Shown piece by piece: positions 51,440 through 64,000 of a stretch of 64,000 nucleotides of DNA. Within the stretch, counting starts at the first letter, position 1; each line of letters begins with the position of its first letter. A program made the translations under genes and the position numbers. This stretch comes from Sphyrna mokarran (lineage: Eukaryota), in the NCBI GenBank assembly GCA_024679065.1, contig JAGIQG010000011.1:73098001-73162000 (forward strand). The letters are read 5' to 3'. The notes under the pieces were generated by a model, which had not been told where the DNA came from, did not search any database, and worked only from the letters and a program-made list of their open reading frames with translations.

Positions 51440-52170
51440 TGCAAAGATCACCAACTGCATGCACCTAATAACTTGATCCCACCTCTGCCATTATTTAACC
51501 CAGTTGATGTACAAAACCTCAACAGTACTTCTGCCATCACCAGCCTAATTGCTCCGATGTTGTCCAGGACAGCTGTCCATCCGCCATCCGCTTCATCCAA
51601 GACACATTCATCTACGCTCTAGCTTAATCAAATCCCATATACCCTTCACCCCTGTTCTGACTGACCGACATAAGTTCACAATACCCTGCCATCTCAACTT
51701 TCAAATTTCCACTTAAGGGATTTTCACAGTAACTTCATTTCTGTGTTAATATAAGTCCACTTGTGACACTAATAAATTAAACTTTAAACTTTATGAGTGG
51801 GATTTTGCAGCCTCGCTTGGGTGAGACTGGAAATTCCCACCCGAGATCAATGGAGGTTTCTGTTGTTGGACCTTCACCCGCTACAGAATCGGCACAGTCG
51901 AGTTCCAGTCTCCGTTTAAATTCCTACATGGTCTTGGCACTGTTTCTAACACCTCCAACACAGAACTCATTATTATTCTGTCATCACCATGCTCCCTTTT
52001 GTGATAGATTTGATCTAAATCAACCCTCAAATTCTTTTGCTGAACTTCTTTGCCATTTTGAGCACACCTTTGATCATCCCTCTTAATCTTCCCTCTTGGG
52101 TTTCACCGTCTGCCTTCCTTTGTGATGTTTCCAACATTAAAGATGATTTCTAAATGCAAATTGGTGGTTT
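51440..52170 (+). mobile_element. Old L2 fragment interrupted by a SINE tail B (51716-51790) and a MITE (51795-51890)
   Basis: SHIPFTPVLTDRH..LNFQI; L2-like tail at ~52120-52165. Confidence 0.55.
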
Positions 52171-52709
52171 GAGTGCTGTACTGTCATACGGCTTCACTTT
52201 AAGGGGATATTTTTTCTCCACCTAGCGCTGAGCTGGGCTGAATTCTATGGCAGGTGGGGAAGCATTGCTTGAAAACTGGCTGACTTTAACCAAAAGGCAG
52301 TCCTGCAGCAATATTGCACTATATTATGTTCTACGATTCTATGATCACGGTGCTGGCAGTCTTAATAGGCAGAGAGGGGGACTTCTGCCTCTCAGTGGAA
52401 GGAGTTTCTGCCCTCGAAACCTGCTGGACAATCAGACTGCCTACCAGCTCTCTCAGTCTCAGCAGTGGCAGACCTCAGTATTAGGCAATGTTAGGACTGC
52501 AAGTAGTCCCATGAACACCCAGGTAAGTCCCAGACTTTTTTTGGCAAGAAGGAGTGGGGGATTTGGCACCCTTCAGGTGGGGATGGCAAGGGAATGGGGG
52601 AGCAGTATTTGGAGGTGGGAAATAAAACAGGAGGTGTATAATCTTTGGGGTGGGGTGAGGTTGATCTCAACGTGCACCACAGGATGTGCACATGTCTCTT
52701 CCCAAAGAA

Positions 52710-53035
52710 TATAGAATCCTTACAATGCAAAAAAGAGGCCATTCAGCCCATCAAGCACGAACTGATTTTCCAAAATAATGTCTCATCCATGCAATCCCCT
52801 CTGCCTAACCCTGTAACCGTGAACATTTACATCGATTAATCAACCTAACCTACATACATTTTGACATGAAGGAGCAATTTAGAATGGCCAATCCACCTAA
52901 CATGGAAGGAAACCAGAGTATCTGGAGAAAACCATGCAGAATGAGGAGAATGTGCGAATGCCACACAGTCACCTAAGACTAAAATCAAATCATCACCCTG
53001 GTGCTGTGAGACAGCAGTGCTACCACTGTGCCCCC
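52710..53035 (-). mobile_element. V-SINE (tail A variant) inside a DNA-transposon remnant (52235-53200)
   Basis: Reverse-strand head, V-domain and attctat tail. Confidence 0.82.
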
Positions 53036-53529
53036 ACCCCCTAATAATTCCCTGCCTCCTGCTGCCGAGCGTATTATGCAATGGAGACAGACTGAGGTCC
53101 TGAAATGTCCATTAATTAACCACTTAAGGACTTCAATATGCTTAAGGGCAGGCAGCCCTTACCTGAGCTCCCCCCCCAGCCCCACCATACTCTGGTGACC
53201 GGGTTGGGAGTGGATGGGAAGACAGTAATAAGGGAATCAGAGGTTATGGGGAAAAGGCAGGAGAATGGAGATGAGAAAAATGTCAACCGTGATTCAATGG
53301 TGGAGCAAATCGATGGGCTGAGTGGCCTAATTCTGCTCCTATGTCTTATGGTTTTATGGAGTCAGTTTCAGCAATAAATTAACCCTTTGCTTCTTAACTT
53401 AAAGGACCTATTTTTGGCATTTTTCTTGCATCTATCTATTCACGGTTAGAATCTACATTAAATTGGATATTTCACTCCCTTGGTCTTACAAAGTCAGTTT
53501 TGTCTAGTGAATGGCAACAGTGGAACTGC

Positions 53530-53828
53530 AACATGGTGGCACAATGATTAGCACAGCTGTCTCACGGCGCCAGGGACCCCGGTTTGATTCCCAGCTAGGG
53601 TTTCTGTGCAGAGTCTGCACCTTCTCCCCATGACTACATGGGTTTCCTCCGGGTGCTGCAGTTTCTTCCCACAGTCTGAAAGACGTCCTGGTTGGGTGCA
53701 TCAGCCATGCTAAATTCTCTCTCAGTGTACCTGAACAGGTGCATGAATGTGGCAACTAGGAGATTTTCACAATAGCTTCATTGCAGTATCTATGTAAGCC
53801 AACCTGTGACACTAGTGAATAAACTTTA
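53530..53828 (+). mobile_element. V-SINE/HE1-type SINE, tail B
   Basis: Head, V-domain, ctgtgacactagtgaataaacttta. Confidence 0.9.
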
Positions 53829-53859
53829 ATCTGTATAGCTCCATATTAATGGAATTAAC

Positions 53860-54180
53860 AGTGGCATAGTGGTTAGCACTGCTGCCTCACAGCACCAGGG
53901 AACCAGGTTCGATTCCAGTCTTGAGCGGCTGTCTCTGTGGAGTTTGCACATCTCCCTGTGTTTGCATGAATTTCCCCTGGGTGCTCCAGTTCTCTCCAAC
54001 ACTCCAAAAATGTGCATGTTAGGTGGTTTGACTATGCTAAATTGCCCCTTAATGTGTAGGTTAGGGGGTTAGTGAAATGATAAATGTAGGGTTATGGGAA
54101 TTTGACCTGGATGGCTTGCTCTGTTGGAGAGCCAAATGGCCTCCTTCTCCACTGTAAAGATTCTATGATTCTACAATTCT
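53860..54180 (+). mobile_element. V-SINE/HE1-type SINE, tail A
   Basis: ggttcgattcc B box, V-domain, gattctatgattcta tail. Confidence 0.9.
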
Positions 54181-54784
54181 TTATTAGCTGCAATTAGGTC
54201 ATGGTATATTCTGAAAAAAACTGAGAGGAGCCTGCAGGACACATCATCCGCCCAGTGTCTGTCAAATATGGCAGTGAGGATCTAAAATAAGCATCAGGCC
54301 TCTGATTATCACATTTATGGACCTAATACTATTTCAGGCTATTTATGGACATGCAGAAGTTGTCAGTGTTCAATTTGGCAGTAGATGCATTTCAGACTGA
54401 GGGATGGGCACAGAGTCCCATCACCTTAAATTTATCCAGGAACACCCATTTAGTGCCCAGAATTTGAGTCATTTTCTCCTCTTTTGGTGTTGTAATGTTT
54501 GATTGATAGCAACAAGCTTTGTAATCAATGTCTGATTCTGGTTAAAATCATCCCCTTGAACAAGGGCAAAGTGGATAATAATAACTGGAACAATTGAACA
54601 CTGTATGGTTCATTACACTTGGACTAAAATACGCGATCAAATTGCTGTTAATAGTGATAGAATCCAGGAAACTATCTTCAAACAACTTTGAATAGAGATT
54701 CAAAATCAACTGAACTTATCAACAGCATTTATCAAAAAAAAATGGAAACTGTTGTTTATTGAAGAGAAAGGTGGTGGGGGGGAT

Positions 54785-55043
54785 TTTAAGTTTATTTATT
54801 GGTATCACAAGACGGTTTACATTAACATTGCAATGAACACTGTGAGAATCCCCTGGTCGCTACACTCTGGGAGAATTTAGCATAACCAATGCACCAAACC
54901 AGTACAACTTTTGGATAGTGGGAGAAGACTGGAGCACCTGGAGGGAACTCATGCAGACGCAGGGCAGAACATGACCCAAGCTGGGAATCAAACCCGAGTC
55001 CCTGGAACTGTGAGGCAGCAGTGCAATCACTGTACCGCAGTGC
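54785..55043 (-). mobile_element. V-SINE/HE1-type SINE, tail B
   Basis: Reverse-strand copy ending tgtgataccaataaataaactt. Confidence 0.88.
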
Positions 55044-55087
55044 CGAAATGCAGTCACCTGATCACCTTTTGTTAAGCTAAAAATTAT

Positions 55088-55229
55088 GGACAGGATTTTA
55101 CAGCCTGTTTGGTTGTAAAACAGTAAAATCTCAAAACTGTAAAATCTCACCCAGGGTCAATGGACCTTTCCACTGTCCACCCCTCCCCATTCTGATTCCT
55201 GTGGCGAGCAGGACTATAAAATTCTAGCT
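55088..55229. mobile_element. Harbinger-type MITE with TAT flanks
   Basis: tat|ggacaggatttt..aaaattctagct|tat; ggtcaatggacctttcc core. Confidence 0.72.
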
Positions 55230-55323
55230 TATTTGCATAATTGGTGAGTTCTTATGCATTTTTTTGAATTAAATTTATTCAATGCAACGTTAGACATTTT
55301 ATTAAAATTAATTTATGATGAAC

Positions 55324-55592
55324 TGGTGGCACAGTGATTAGGACCCAGATTCAATACTGGCCTCAGGTCACTGTCTGCATAAAGTTTGCACATTTTCTCT
55401 GTGTCTGCATGAGTTTCCTTCGCGTGCTCCAGTTTCCCCCCACAGTCCAAAGATGTGCGGGTTAGGTTGATTGGCCAAGCTAAATTGAAAAGGGGGATTA
55501 GGAGAGTAAACGGGAATAAGGCCTGTAGTGGGATTGTGGTTTATACAGACTCAAAGGGCTGAATGGCTCCTTCTGTACTGTATGGATTCTAT
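55324..55592 (+). mobile_element. V-SINE/HE1-type SINE, tail A
   Basis: Partly deleted head, V-domain, ggattctatg tail. Confidence 0.88.
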
Positions 55593-58069
55593 GGTTTACA
55601 AATGTTCTGCTAGTTACAGAATCTCTCAACACAAGGAGTTATGGATGTTGCAGCAATTCTCTCATTTTGTTAATACTATGCCACAATCTGGGATTAAATA
55701 CTCTGGCCGGAATCTCTTGACCATTCACGCCAGTGGGATTTTACCATTCCACTGCAATGAACAGAGACTTAGCTGGCTGCCAAATTAACCGCCTCCACTT
55801 TAGTGGGAGCGTGGCATGGATACCTGGTGAAAGTCATACTGTCGGGACACAAAATAATTGAATTACATTCTGGATCACTCGTGCAAAATCTGTTCAAAAG
55901 CCTTGAAATGGAACTGACCAGATTGTTATACGAAGAACTAGCGTGAATCCGACGGGGTGAATGGCCCCCTCCCATGCTATGAAAATGCCAAGACTCTCTG
56001 AAAGCCTTTATAGTCATCCTGAGATTGTGTAAGGCACTTTATAAATACAAGCAGCTCTTTTCAGCCTCCCCGTGCCTCGGATTGCGTGTGCCCCATCGAG
56101 GGATTAGCGAAAACAGCTAGTTGTGATAAGTTGCCACTAAACGTCAGATGTCAAATTTCTTTGTTAGTGCTCAAACTGTTTCTGTTTATTTCCAAAAATG
56201 TGAAATGTAAATCGTGTCAGGAGAAGTAAACGGTGCATTTTACTATTTATTTCGAAAAGGAGCAAATCAAAAAGCACAAGCAAATTAAGTATAAATAACG
56301 TGAACATAAACAGCAGTTCTTTGGTTCCAGCCAATACATTGTGGTCTCAGTGTCATGTGTGAACACTCAGCTGACTGCTTTTTGCTAGTCAGTAAGCAGC
56401 AAATCTGAATAAGTCATATCAACACCCACTCCTCCCACAATCAGTGCAGCTACAGGTGGGTAATTTTTACAGCCATCGGGACCTTCCTGTCAAGATATGT
56501 CGGTCCATCAGCTCAAGAGTTAGCACCAGTAACTGCTTGTTCTCTTCTCATAGACGCGCTCAGCCTGAATGAGGGTGCTGTGAAGCTTAAAATACTGCTA
56601 GACATCTGAAGTGCTCCGGCAGTTTTGTGCAACAAACGGAAAATTAAGTCAGGCCGCGCGAGCAACTCTCAGGAGCTTAATTACAAAAAAAAAGAAGAAA
56701 ATGAGAGCTTTGTTCGGTTTGAAGCCAAACAAAATGATTAGTATTTTGTGCTTGCTTTGTGTCACGTTCAGAAGCCATGTAACAGCCGTTCTGACAACCC
56801 CCCCCCCTCCTCCTTATCCGCATCCCCCCCCCCTCCCCACACCCCTCCCCTCGGCCCTCGCCTTCCCAAGTACACACAAACATTGAATAAACAGAAGGCA
56901 TGTTGCAGTCTGTCAGAGTTTTTTGTCTGACATGATGCCATTATCAAGGCACATCAGGTTGGGATAAATTGACCTAACTGACCACGGGCTTACAAATGTC
57001 TTGGGAAGAAGCGAAGACGGTGAATCAAAAGGTAGCTTTGCTGTATTTTCCCGAGGCCATTTTATTGACAAGAATGACAAGGGTCCCAAGATGCACCATT
57101 ATCCACAACCAGCTACCAGACATCAAATAGGGGCTGAGCTGTCTTTGTCAGAACAGAGAATATGGCTCATCGCGTACCATACAGTGCAAGGCTTATTACA
57201 TTTTGTACAGCTAAGGTTTGTCAAAAGACAGGGTCAGTGTGCAGTGCCCTAAAGGGAAAATGTTAAAAAAAAAGAGCTACACGACCATCTTCAAAATCTT
57301 TGCCTAGAAACAGAACTCAGAGTTGAGAGATAACTAAAGCCTAGACTTTCTTCATATCAAAAGGAAAAGGAGTCATTTTCACGGAATCATAAATAAACCA
57401 GACAGACCATCATTTTATGAATCAAAGAGTGGGTTTAAAACAAGCTGTTAGGTTGTTGATTCACCTCCATATTCAAGGTCGGCTATACTTTAATCATAAC
57501 TTCAGTTTCTCTTTCTACTTCTGGCTCTTGTGTTTTTTTTTTCCCTTTGTAGCACAACAGTCAGCTAATTTTTAAATCTGAACTATAGTTCTGTGCTGGT
57601 ATATCTGTGGGCACTGAGATGAAACATCGCTATACCTCCAGAACATTTTTTAAAATTTCAGAATACTCCAAGGAATGGGTGAAGGAAAGCCATGATTTTT
57701 TTTTTGATATATAACAGCATTAACTCTGAATCGAGATACATGAAAGCACGGGAACATTTTCTCTTAGGTGTCAGTGTTACCTAATTTACATTAAAACGTT
57801 CAACAATTTCTGCTGTTTTTTATACAATGGCTTGAGGAACCTTACTGGGAGAAGAGGACAGTTTTTCTGCTTTGACAAGACTGGAGAAAGGTCAGTGGCA
57901 TTGTTATATTCAATTACATACCCCAACAATTCAGTATCTTTTGTAGCCTTTGTCTACTTTCTCTGTTCCTTTGTTTACTTGTTGATGCTTGGATTTGCAA
58001 GCAGCAAGCAATCTCCAAATCCTCAGCCAAATAAATAACTGCAAGTAGTCAGTTCAGAATAGATTTGGC

Positions 58070-58330
58070 AGACTATCTGCCTGTGGCAGGTACAATAACC
58101 AGACCCAAATATCATCGAAGCCAACGTCCACATGTGTGCCTTCAATGGTATAGAGGCAGGAATGCCTTTGGGTTTTCCCAGCATAACCCAGAATTAACTG
58201 CGGTACCCTTTGGGTCCTCCGTCCCCCATTTAAATCAGTTAACTCAGCTAACAGAATGGAGATCAAAGCTAGGACCTTACTTGATCTGTACGGATCAATG
58301 GATAAATGCACTGAGCACTGGGGGATCCAC
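58070..58330 (-). mobile_element. Ancient tRNA-derived SINE (third family)
   Basis: Minus strand gctcagtg..cgtacagatcaagtaaggtcctagctttgatctcc..gctgagttaactgat; degenerate head. Confidence 0.5.
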
Positions 58331-58919
58331 AATGCATCTATCCTGCTAGCATCAGATGAGTATCAAAAAGGCTCAAGAAACTGAACACTTAACACCCAAT
58401 AGAACAAAGTGAGCAAGAGTCCCAGGGGTCGCCTGTCGCTCACTCACCTCATTAGGGGAAGTTTCATCTGATCACCACAAAACATCACATACAAAGTCAC
58501 CTGAGAGTGAAATCCAACGTAAGAGGATGGTCGGGGTGGGGGTGGGGAGCACAGTTAAAGAAACATTGTCATCCCCAGTCTCAAAATATTCTGGAGCTAT
58601 ACCTCTGCTGAATAATCACAGTGATTATGGTAATTGAGTGTCCTACCCTGCCAGCTGATTAAAAAAGTATCGTGGGGAGTAAAATGTAGCAGCAACCCAG
58701 CAATCTTGATTTTATTGCTAGGATAGTCGACCCATGCTGTTTCTCCAACTCACAACTGAAGGAGTAATTGGAAAGCACATGACATTATATTTATCAATGA
58801 AAGAGTAAGCTTAAATCATTTTAGGTATTGTCGTATTAACCTCTCCCATAAAGTTGAACTTCAGTCCTGACTGGTACAAAATTAGTTGGAATACAACGGA
58901 TCTTGATTAGTCTCATTGG

Positions 58920-60928
58920 CAGATGGGAGTTATGTACTGGCCCCCTCGCTGTAGTCAGGATGTGGGGCAGAAAATAAATCAGGAGATAGAAAAGGCATAT
59001 AAAAAGGCAATATTACAACAATCATGAGGGACTTCAATATGCAGGGGGATTGGGAATATCAGGGATTCCCAAGAAAAGGAATTTGTGGAATACTAAAAAG
59101 ATGGTTATTTTAGAGCATCTTGTGGCAGAGCCTACCAGGGAACACGCAATTCTAGATTTGGTGATGTGTGATCAGGTAGACTTGATTAGGGGACTTAAGA
59201 TAAAGGAACCCTGAGGGAGCGACGACAACAATATGATGGAATTTACCCTGCAGTTTGTGAGGGAGAAGCTAGAATCAGACATAATGGTATTACAGTTAAA
59301 TAAAGGTAACTACAAAGACATGAGGGAGGAGCTGGCCAGAGTCGTTTGGAGAGGGAACCTAGCAGGGAAGATAGTAGAAAAGCAATGGTAGGAGTTTTTG
59401 GGAGTTATTCGGGAAGCACAACAGAAATTCATTCCAGGGAGGAAGCATCATGCTAAGGGGAGGACAAGGCATCCATGGCTGACAAGGGAATTCAGGGACA
59501 GCATAAAAGCAAAAGAAAAAGCATAAAAAGTGGCGAGGATTAGTGGGAAGTCAGAGGATTGGGAAGTCTTTAAAAGCGAGCAGAAGGCAACTAAAAAAGT
59601 AATAAGAGAAAACAAGGTGACCTATGAGTGTAAGCTAGCTAGTAATATAAAAGAAGATAGGAAGAGCTTTTTTTCGATATATAAAAGGTAAGAGAAGGGT
59701 AAAAATGGACATTGGGCCACTGGAAAATGAGGTGAAAGAAGTAATAATAGGAAGCAAAGAAATGGCAAAGGAATTGAATAGCTACTTTGCATCAGTCTTC
59801 ATGGTGGAAGACACCAGCGGGATGCCAGAGCTCCAGGAGAGTCAGGGGGAACAGATGAGTGTAATGGCCATCACTGAGGAGAAGATTCTGGGGAAACTGA
59901 AAGATCTGAAGGTAGATAAGTCACCTGAACCAGATGGGCTACAACCTAGAGTTCAAAAAGAGCTGAGGAAATTGTGAAGACATTGGTGGTGATCTTTCAG
60001 GAATCGCCAGAGGCAAGGAGGGTACCGGAGGACTGGAAAATAGCTAATGTAACACTGCTGTTTAAGAAGAGAGGGAGGTAACAGGTGGGAAATTATAAGC
60101 CAATTAGCCTGTCTTCGGTCATTGGCAAGATTTTAAAGTCCATTATTAAAGATGAGATTGCAGAGTACTTGAATGTGCATGATAAAGTCAGCACAGCTTT
60201 GTCAAAGGGAGATTATGTCTAACAAATCTGTTAGAGTTCTTTGAGGAAGTAATAAGGAAGTTAGATAAAGGAGATCCAGGCTATATGGTTTATTTAGATT
60301 TCCAGTACGCCTTTGACAAGATGCCGCATAGAGACTGTTAAATAAGTTAAGAGCCCATGGTGTGAAGGGTAAGATCCTGGCATGGATAGAGAATTGGCTG
60401 ATTGGCAGCAGCAAAGAGTGGGAATAAAGGTGTTTTTTTTTTCAGGACTGCAGCCAGTGACTAGTAATGTGCCTCAGGGGTCAGTGCTGGAACCTCAACT
60501 TTTCATAATATTTGGAGGAAGGAACTGAAGGCACTGTTGCTAATTTTGTAGATGATACAAAGATATGTAGAGGGACAGGTAGTATTGAGGAAGGAGAGGG
60601 GCTGCAGAAGAATTTGGACAGGTTAGGGGAGTGGGCAAAGAAGTGGCAGATGAGTACAATGTGAAAAAGTGTGAGATTATGCACTTTGGACTGAGGAATG
60701 GAGGCATAGACTACTTTCTAAATGGGAAAATGTTTAGAAAATCAGAAACGCAAAGGGACTTACAAGTCCTTGTTCAAGGTTCTCTTAAGCTTAACATGCA
60801 GGTTCAGTCGGCAGTTAGGACGGCACATGTAGTGTTAGCATTTATGTTAAAAGGGCTAGAATATAAGATCACGGATATACATCTGAGGCTGTATAAGGCT
60901 CTGGCCAGACTCCATTTGGAGTATTGTG
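58920..60928 (+). mobile_element. CR1 LINE ORF2 (endonuclease C-half and RT), degenerate, 3'-truncated
   Basis: IMRDFN, PTREHAILDLV, PWLT, ELNSYFASVF, DKSPEPDG, NYKPISL, VPQGSVL, FVDDTK, LYKALARLHLEYC; multiple stops. Confidence 0.95.
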
Positions 60929-61053
60929 AGGAAACCCATGCAGACATAGCAAGAAGTGCAGACACCACACAGACAGTGACCCAAGCCGGGAATCGAATCC
61001 GGGTCCCTGGTGCTGTAAAGCAACAGTGTTAAACACTGTACCACCGTGCTGCC
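60928..61053 (-). mobile_element. V-SINE 5' half fused to the truncated CR1
   Basis: Head ggcagcacggtggtacag..ggattcgattcc; stops inside the V-domain. Confidence 0.88.
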
Positions 61054-62719
61054 TGCCTGCTATGGATTTATTTTCTATTCCATTGTGAGATCTCTAACTC
61101 CAAGAGATGGTACTTATCTCCTGTCAGGGGTCAGCTGCTAGGTTGTGTGATTTTCCACCATTTGCTGCTAACTTTCAGCCAAGAAAGAGAGTGATGTCAA
61201 TGGGTTTTAAAAAAGTCGAGATAATGCAATGGGTGTGCACCATGCTGCCCCATGAGGGCAGGAAATGAACTGGCTGACATGATTACCCTTTTCCCTTCCA
61301 TACCGGTCCCTATGCTCTTCCTCCAGAAACCCACTAGCAGTTAAAATCTAAGCCACACACTTTAATATCCCAGTAAAGCCATTGTATTGGAAAGCACAAT
61401 TTAATGCTTAAATAAAGGAAATATGAGAACATTTATTGAGACAATTTCCTTTAATACTACATAAAGCATAAAAGGAGATAATTCATAAAGTGTACTGTTA
61501 TCTCTTGGAAACCTTTTAAGGAATAGTTAATCTCTGTGAGATGCAGAAGTTCACATCCGTTTTTTTGTCTTAATGAAGCATCTAATATGAAAAAAATCAT
61601 ATCAAGCCCTGATTTTTATGCTAGATTTCTAATGCACATAATTGACTAATGTCAGGAAAAGGATACAGGCTACTATTGCTAAATTCATTTAGCAAGCAAA
61701 AATGCTGAATAATGAGAAAAATAAAATGAATGTTTTGTGCAGAATTATCTTGAATTTGACTAACATTTGCAATGTCTTCAGTATATAAATTTCATACGGT
61801 GAGTGAGCACATTTAAATTAGGTGTAGCCGAAGTAAGAAGGACAATGTGAATATTACATCAATGTAATTATTGCTTTTATTCAATGTAACATTATCATTC
61901 AGTGTAATCTATCATTATCGTGTAAAAACTAACTGCACAGAAGCCTGTGAAAGCGGCTTTTATACAGCTAGACCAAATGCTTTTAGAATTAAATAGAGCA
62001 ATGTAGAAGGGGATCATTTCTTCTATATACTAGTAATGAAATCCTAAACCCATTTATAAGGAACAGGTTTATAATTTTGTTAAACATAGTGCACTGAGAA
62101 AACTTTTCCCCATAATGGATTTACACGATACATTAAATAGCGATACATGCAAGAAAGATACATGCATGTGTACATGCATACAGTGAACAACTTCTTCAAA
62201 AGTCTTGTCTGATCCCCTAGGACTTAAGCTCTTTCTGACAAGATGCTTTGGAATGATTTCTAGGACCCACAGGGTCCATTCCTTTTTTTGCAGACTGCAG
62301 TATTTTTGCACTTTTTTTTTGTACGTTTTTACTTCTTCAGAGAATTAAGTGACTCCTTGAAGTTTTATATGAAGCTGAACAATATACCTGATCATAGTCA
62401 AGAGTAAAGGTTGACTGTGCTGGGATTTTGTTTTTTTGCATGTTAGAAAATGGATATTTGCTTTGAAAACTGCAAAGGCCATTTGGACTTTGAAGATGCA
62501 ATGCCTTTCGCACAAGTGTATGTCTCCACTCTCTAAGAGAAGTTAATAATGTAACAGGGGCCTTAGCTATACGGGTGAGTGGAAAAGTGATTACAGTTGT
62601 AACAAATGAATGATTGCACACTTCAGGTAATTTACAATGGTCTAAATTAGTTTGTTAGATTTTTCAATATTCTGGTGATTATGATTGTCATTCATATGAT
62701 ACATTATACAACAAAATTC

Positions 62720-63028
62720 AATAGTGGTTAGCACTGCTGCCTCATAGTGCCAGGGATCCTGGTTCATTTCCGGCCTTTGGCCATTGTGTGGCGTTTGCGC
62801 ATTCTCCCTGTGTCTACATGAGTTTCCTCCAGGTGCTCTGGAGGTGCTTCTTCCAGGTGCTCCCATACTCAAAAGATGTGTGGGTTAAGTTGATTTGCCT
62901 TGCTAAATTGCCCCTTCGTGTCAGGGGGATCAGCAAGATAAATAAATGGGTCTGAGTGGGATTGTTGTTGGTGTAGCCTTGGGCTGAATGGCCTCCTTCT
63001 GCACTATAGGGATTCTATGATTCTATGA
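62720..63028 (+). mobile_element. V-SINE/HE1-type SINE, tail A
   Basis: Head, V-domain with short internal duplication, gggattctatgattctatg tail. Confidence 0.9.
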
Positions 63029-63104
63029 ATGCAGTTATTTGAATGACAGCATTCATTGTGTTATTGATCAAGTTACTTTGACCTTTGAATGAATGATATC
63101 AGGC

Positions 63105-63420
63105 ATGGCTGAAATCCCACTATGACAAAAGCTAAATTCAATTAATGAAGCAAAAAAGCACAACAACAATATAAAGCTAGTATCAATAATATGACAGTTC
63201 AGCTACCAGGTTTGTGCAGAAATGCAACCAGTTCACCAATGTCCTCTAGGAGAAGAAACCAGTTCTTATCTAATCTGGCATATATGTGGCCCACAGCCAT
63301 GTGGCTGACTGCCACTATGAGGTGGTGCAACAAGTTACTCATATATATTTAACCCGCTGGCTCCTCATCATTTTCCCAAGGGCATTTAGGGATAGACAAT
63401 CAATCTTGGCTTGTCATCAA
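63105..63420 (+). mobile_element. Old family-B SINE variant
   Basis: gaaatcccac head end, ccagttcaccaatgtcctctagg body, ccaagggcatttagggat tail. Confidence 0.65.
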
Positions 63421-63434
63421 TATAAAGAACAAAC

Positions 63435-64000
63435 AAACTAAAATCAGACAAATTCACAGGACCTGATGGCCAACTTCCCAAAGCTCTAAAAGAGATAGCT
63501 GCAGAGATAGTGGATACACTAGCTAATCTTCCAAATTTGCTTAAATTTGGGAATGGTCCCAGCAGATTGGAAGTTGGCTAATGTTACCATGCTTTTCAAG
63601 AAGGATGATGGAGAGAAAACAGTGAACTACAGGCCAATTAAGTCTAACATTGGTTGTTGGGAAAATAGTGGGAACTATTGTTAAGGAAGTCTTAATAAGG
63701 CACTTTGGAAAGCATTGGATGATTAGAACAAGTCAACATAGTTTTATTGAAGGGAAATCCTGTGTGATAAATTTATTAGAGGATGTAATTAATGGGGTCA
63801 ATAAAGGGGAACCAGCAGATGTAATATACCTAGATTTCCACAAGACATTTAATAAGGTGCCAAAGAAAAGGTTAATAGGCAAGATAAGAGCCCATGGAAT
63901 TAGCTATAATATATTAGCATGGACAAGAAGCAGAGGATGGACATAAATGGAGTATTTTCAAATTGATAGAGACTGAGGAGTTGAGTGCCACAAGGATCAG
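63435..64000 (+). mobile_element. CR1 LINE RT fragment (runs off the window)
   Basis: DWKLANV..FKK..NYRP; SQHSFIEGKSCVINLL..DVIYLDFHKTFNKVP. Confidence 0.92.

Noticed and set aside
59705-61032. Possible intact reverse transcriptase gene
   Set aside because: CR1 ORF2 is broken by many stops and frameshifts and is truncated at both ends.

Overview
Eukaryotic, AT-rich vertebrate DNA, almost certainly a shark (inferred from the repeat content). I find no recognisable host protein-coding exon in 64 kb, so this looks like a gene desert or a very large intron. Most of it is decayed transposable elements: ~20 tRNA-derived V-SINE/HE1-type copies with two different 3' tails, many CR1 LINE fragments, a second CR1-group (Zenon-like) LINE, Rex1/Babar, L2 and RTE ends, a Gypsy pol remnant and a solo LTR, Penelope-like elements with hammerhead ribozyme cores, and PIF/Harbinger remnants and MITEs. 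Several repeat-free blocks between them may be regulatory. The most unusual items are: (1) a remodelled U2 snRNA-derived element at ~47.6 kb; (2) a LINE whose 5' end is a tRNA-like Pol III head, with apparent internally deleted SINE derivatives; (3) V-SINEs with swapped CR1-type versus Rex1-type tails; (4) Penelope-derived mini-elements with ribozyme cores or a fold-back hairpin. All family calls are by eye and from recalled consensus sequences; no database search was run, and boundaries are approximate (about +/-10-30 bp).
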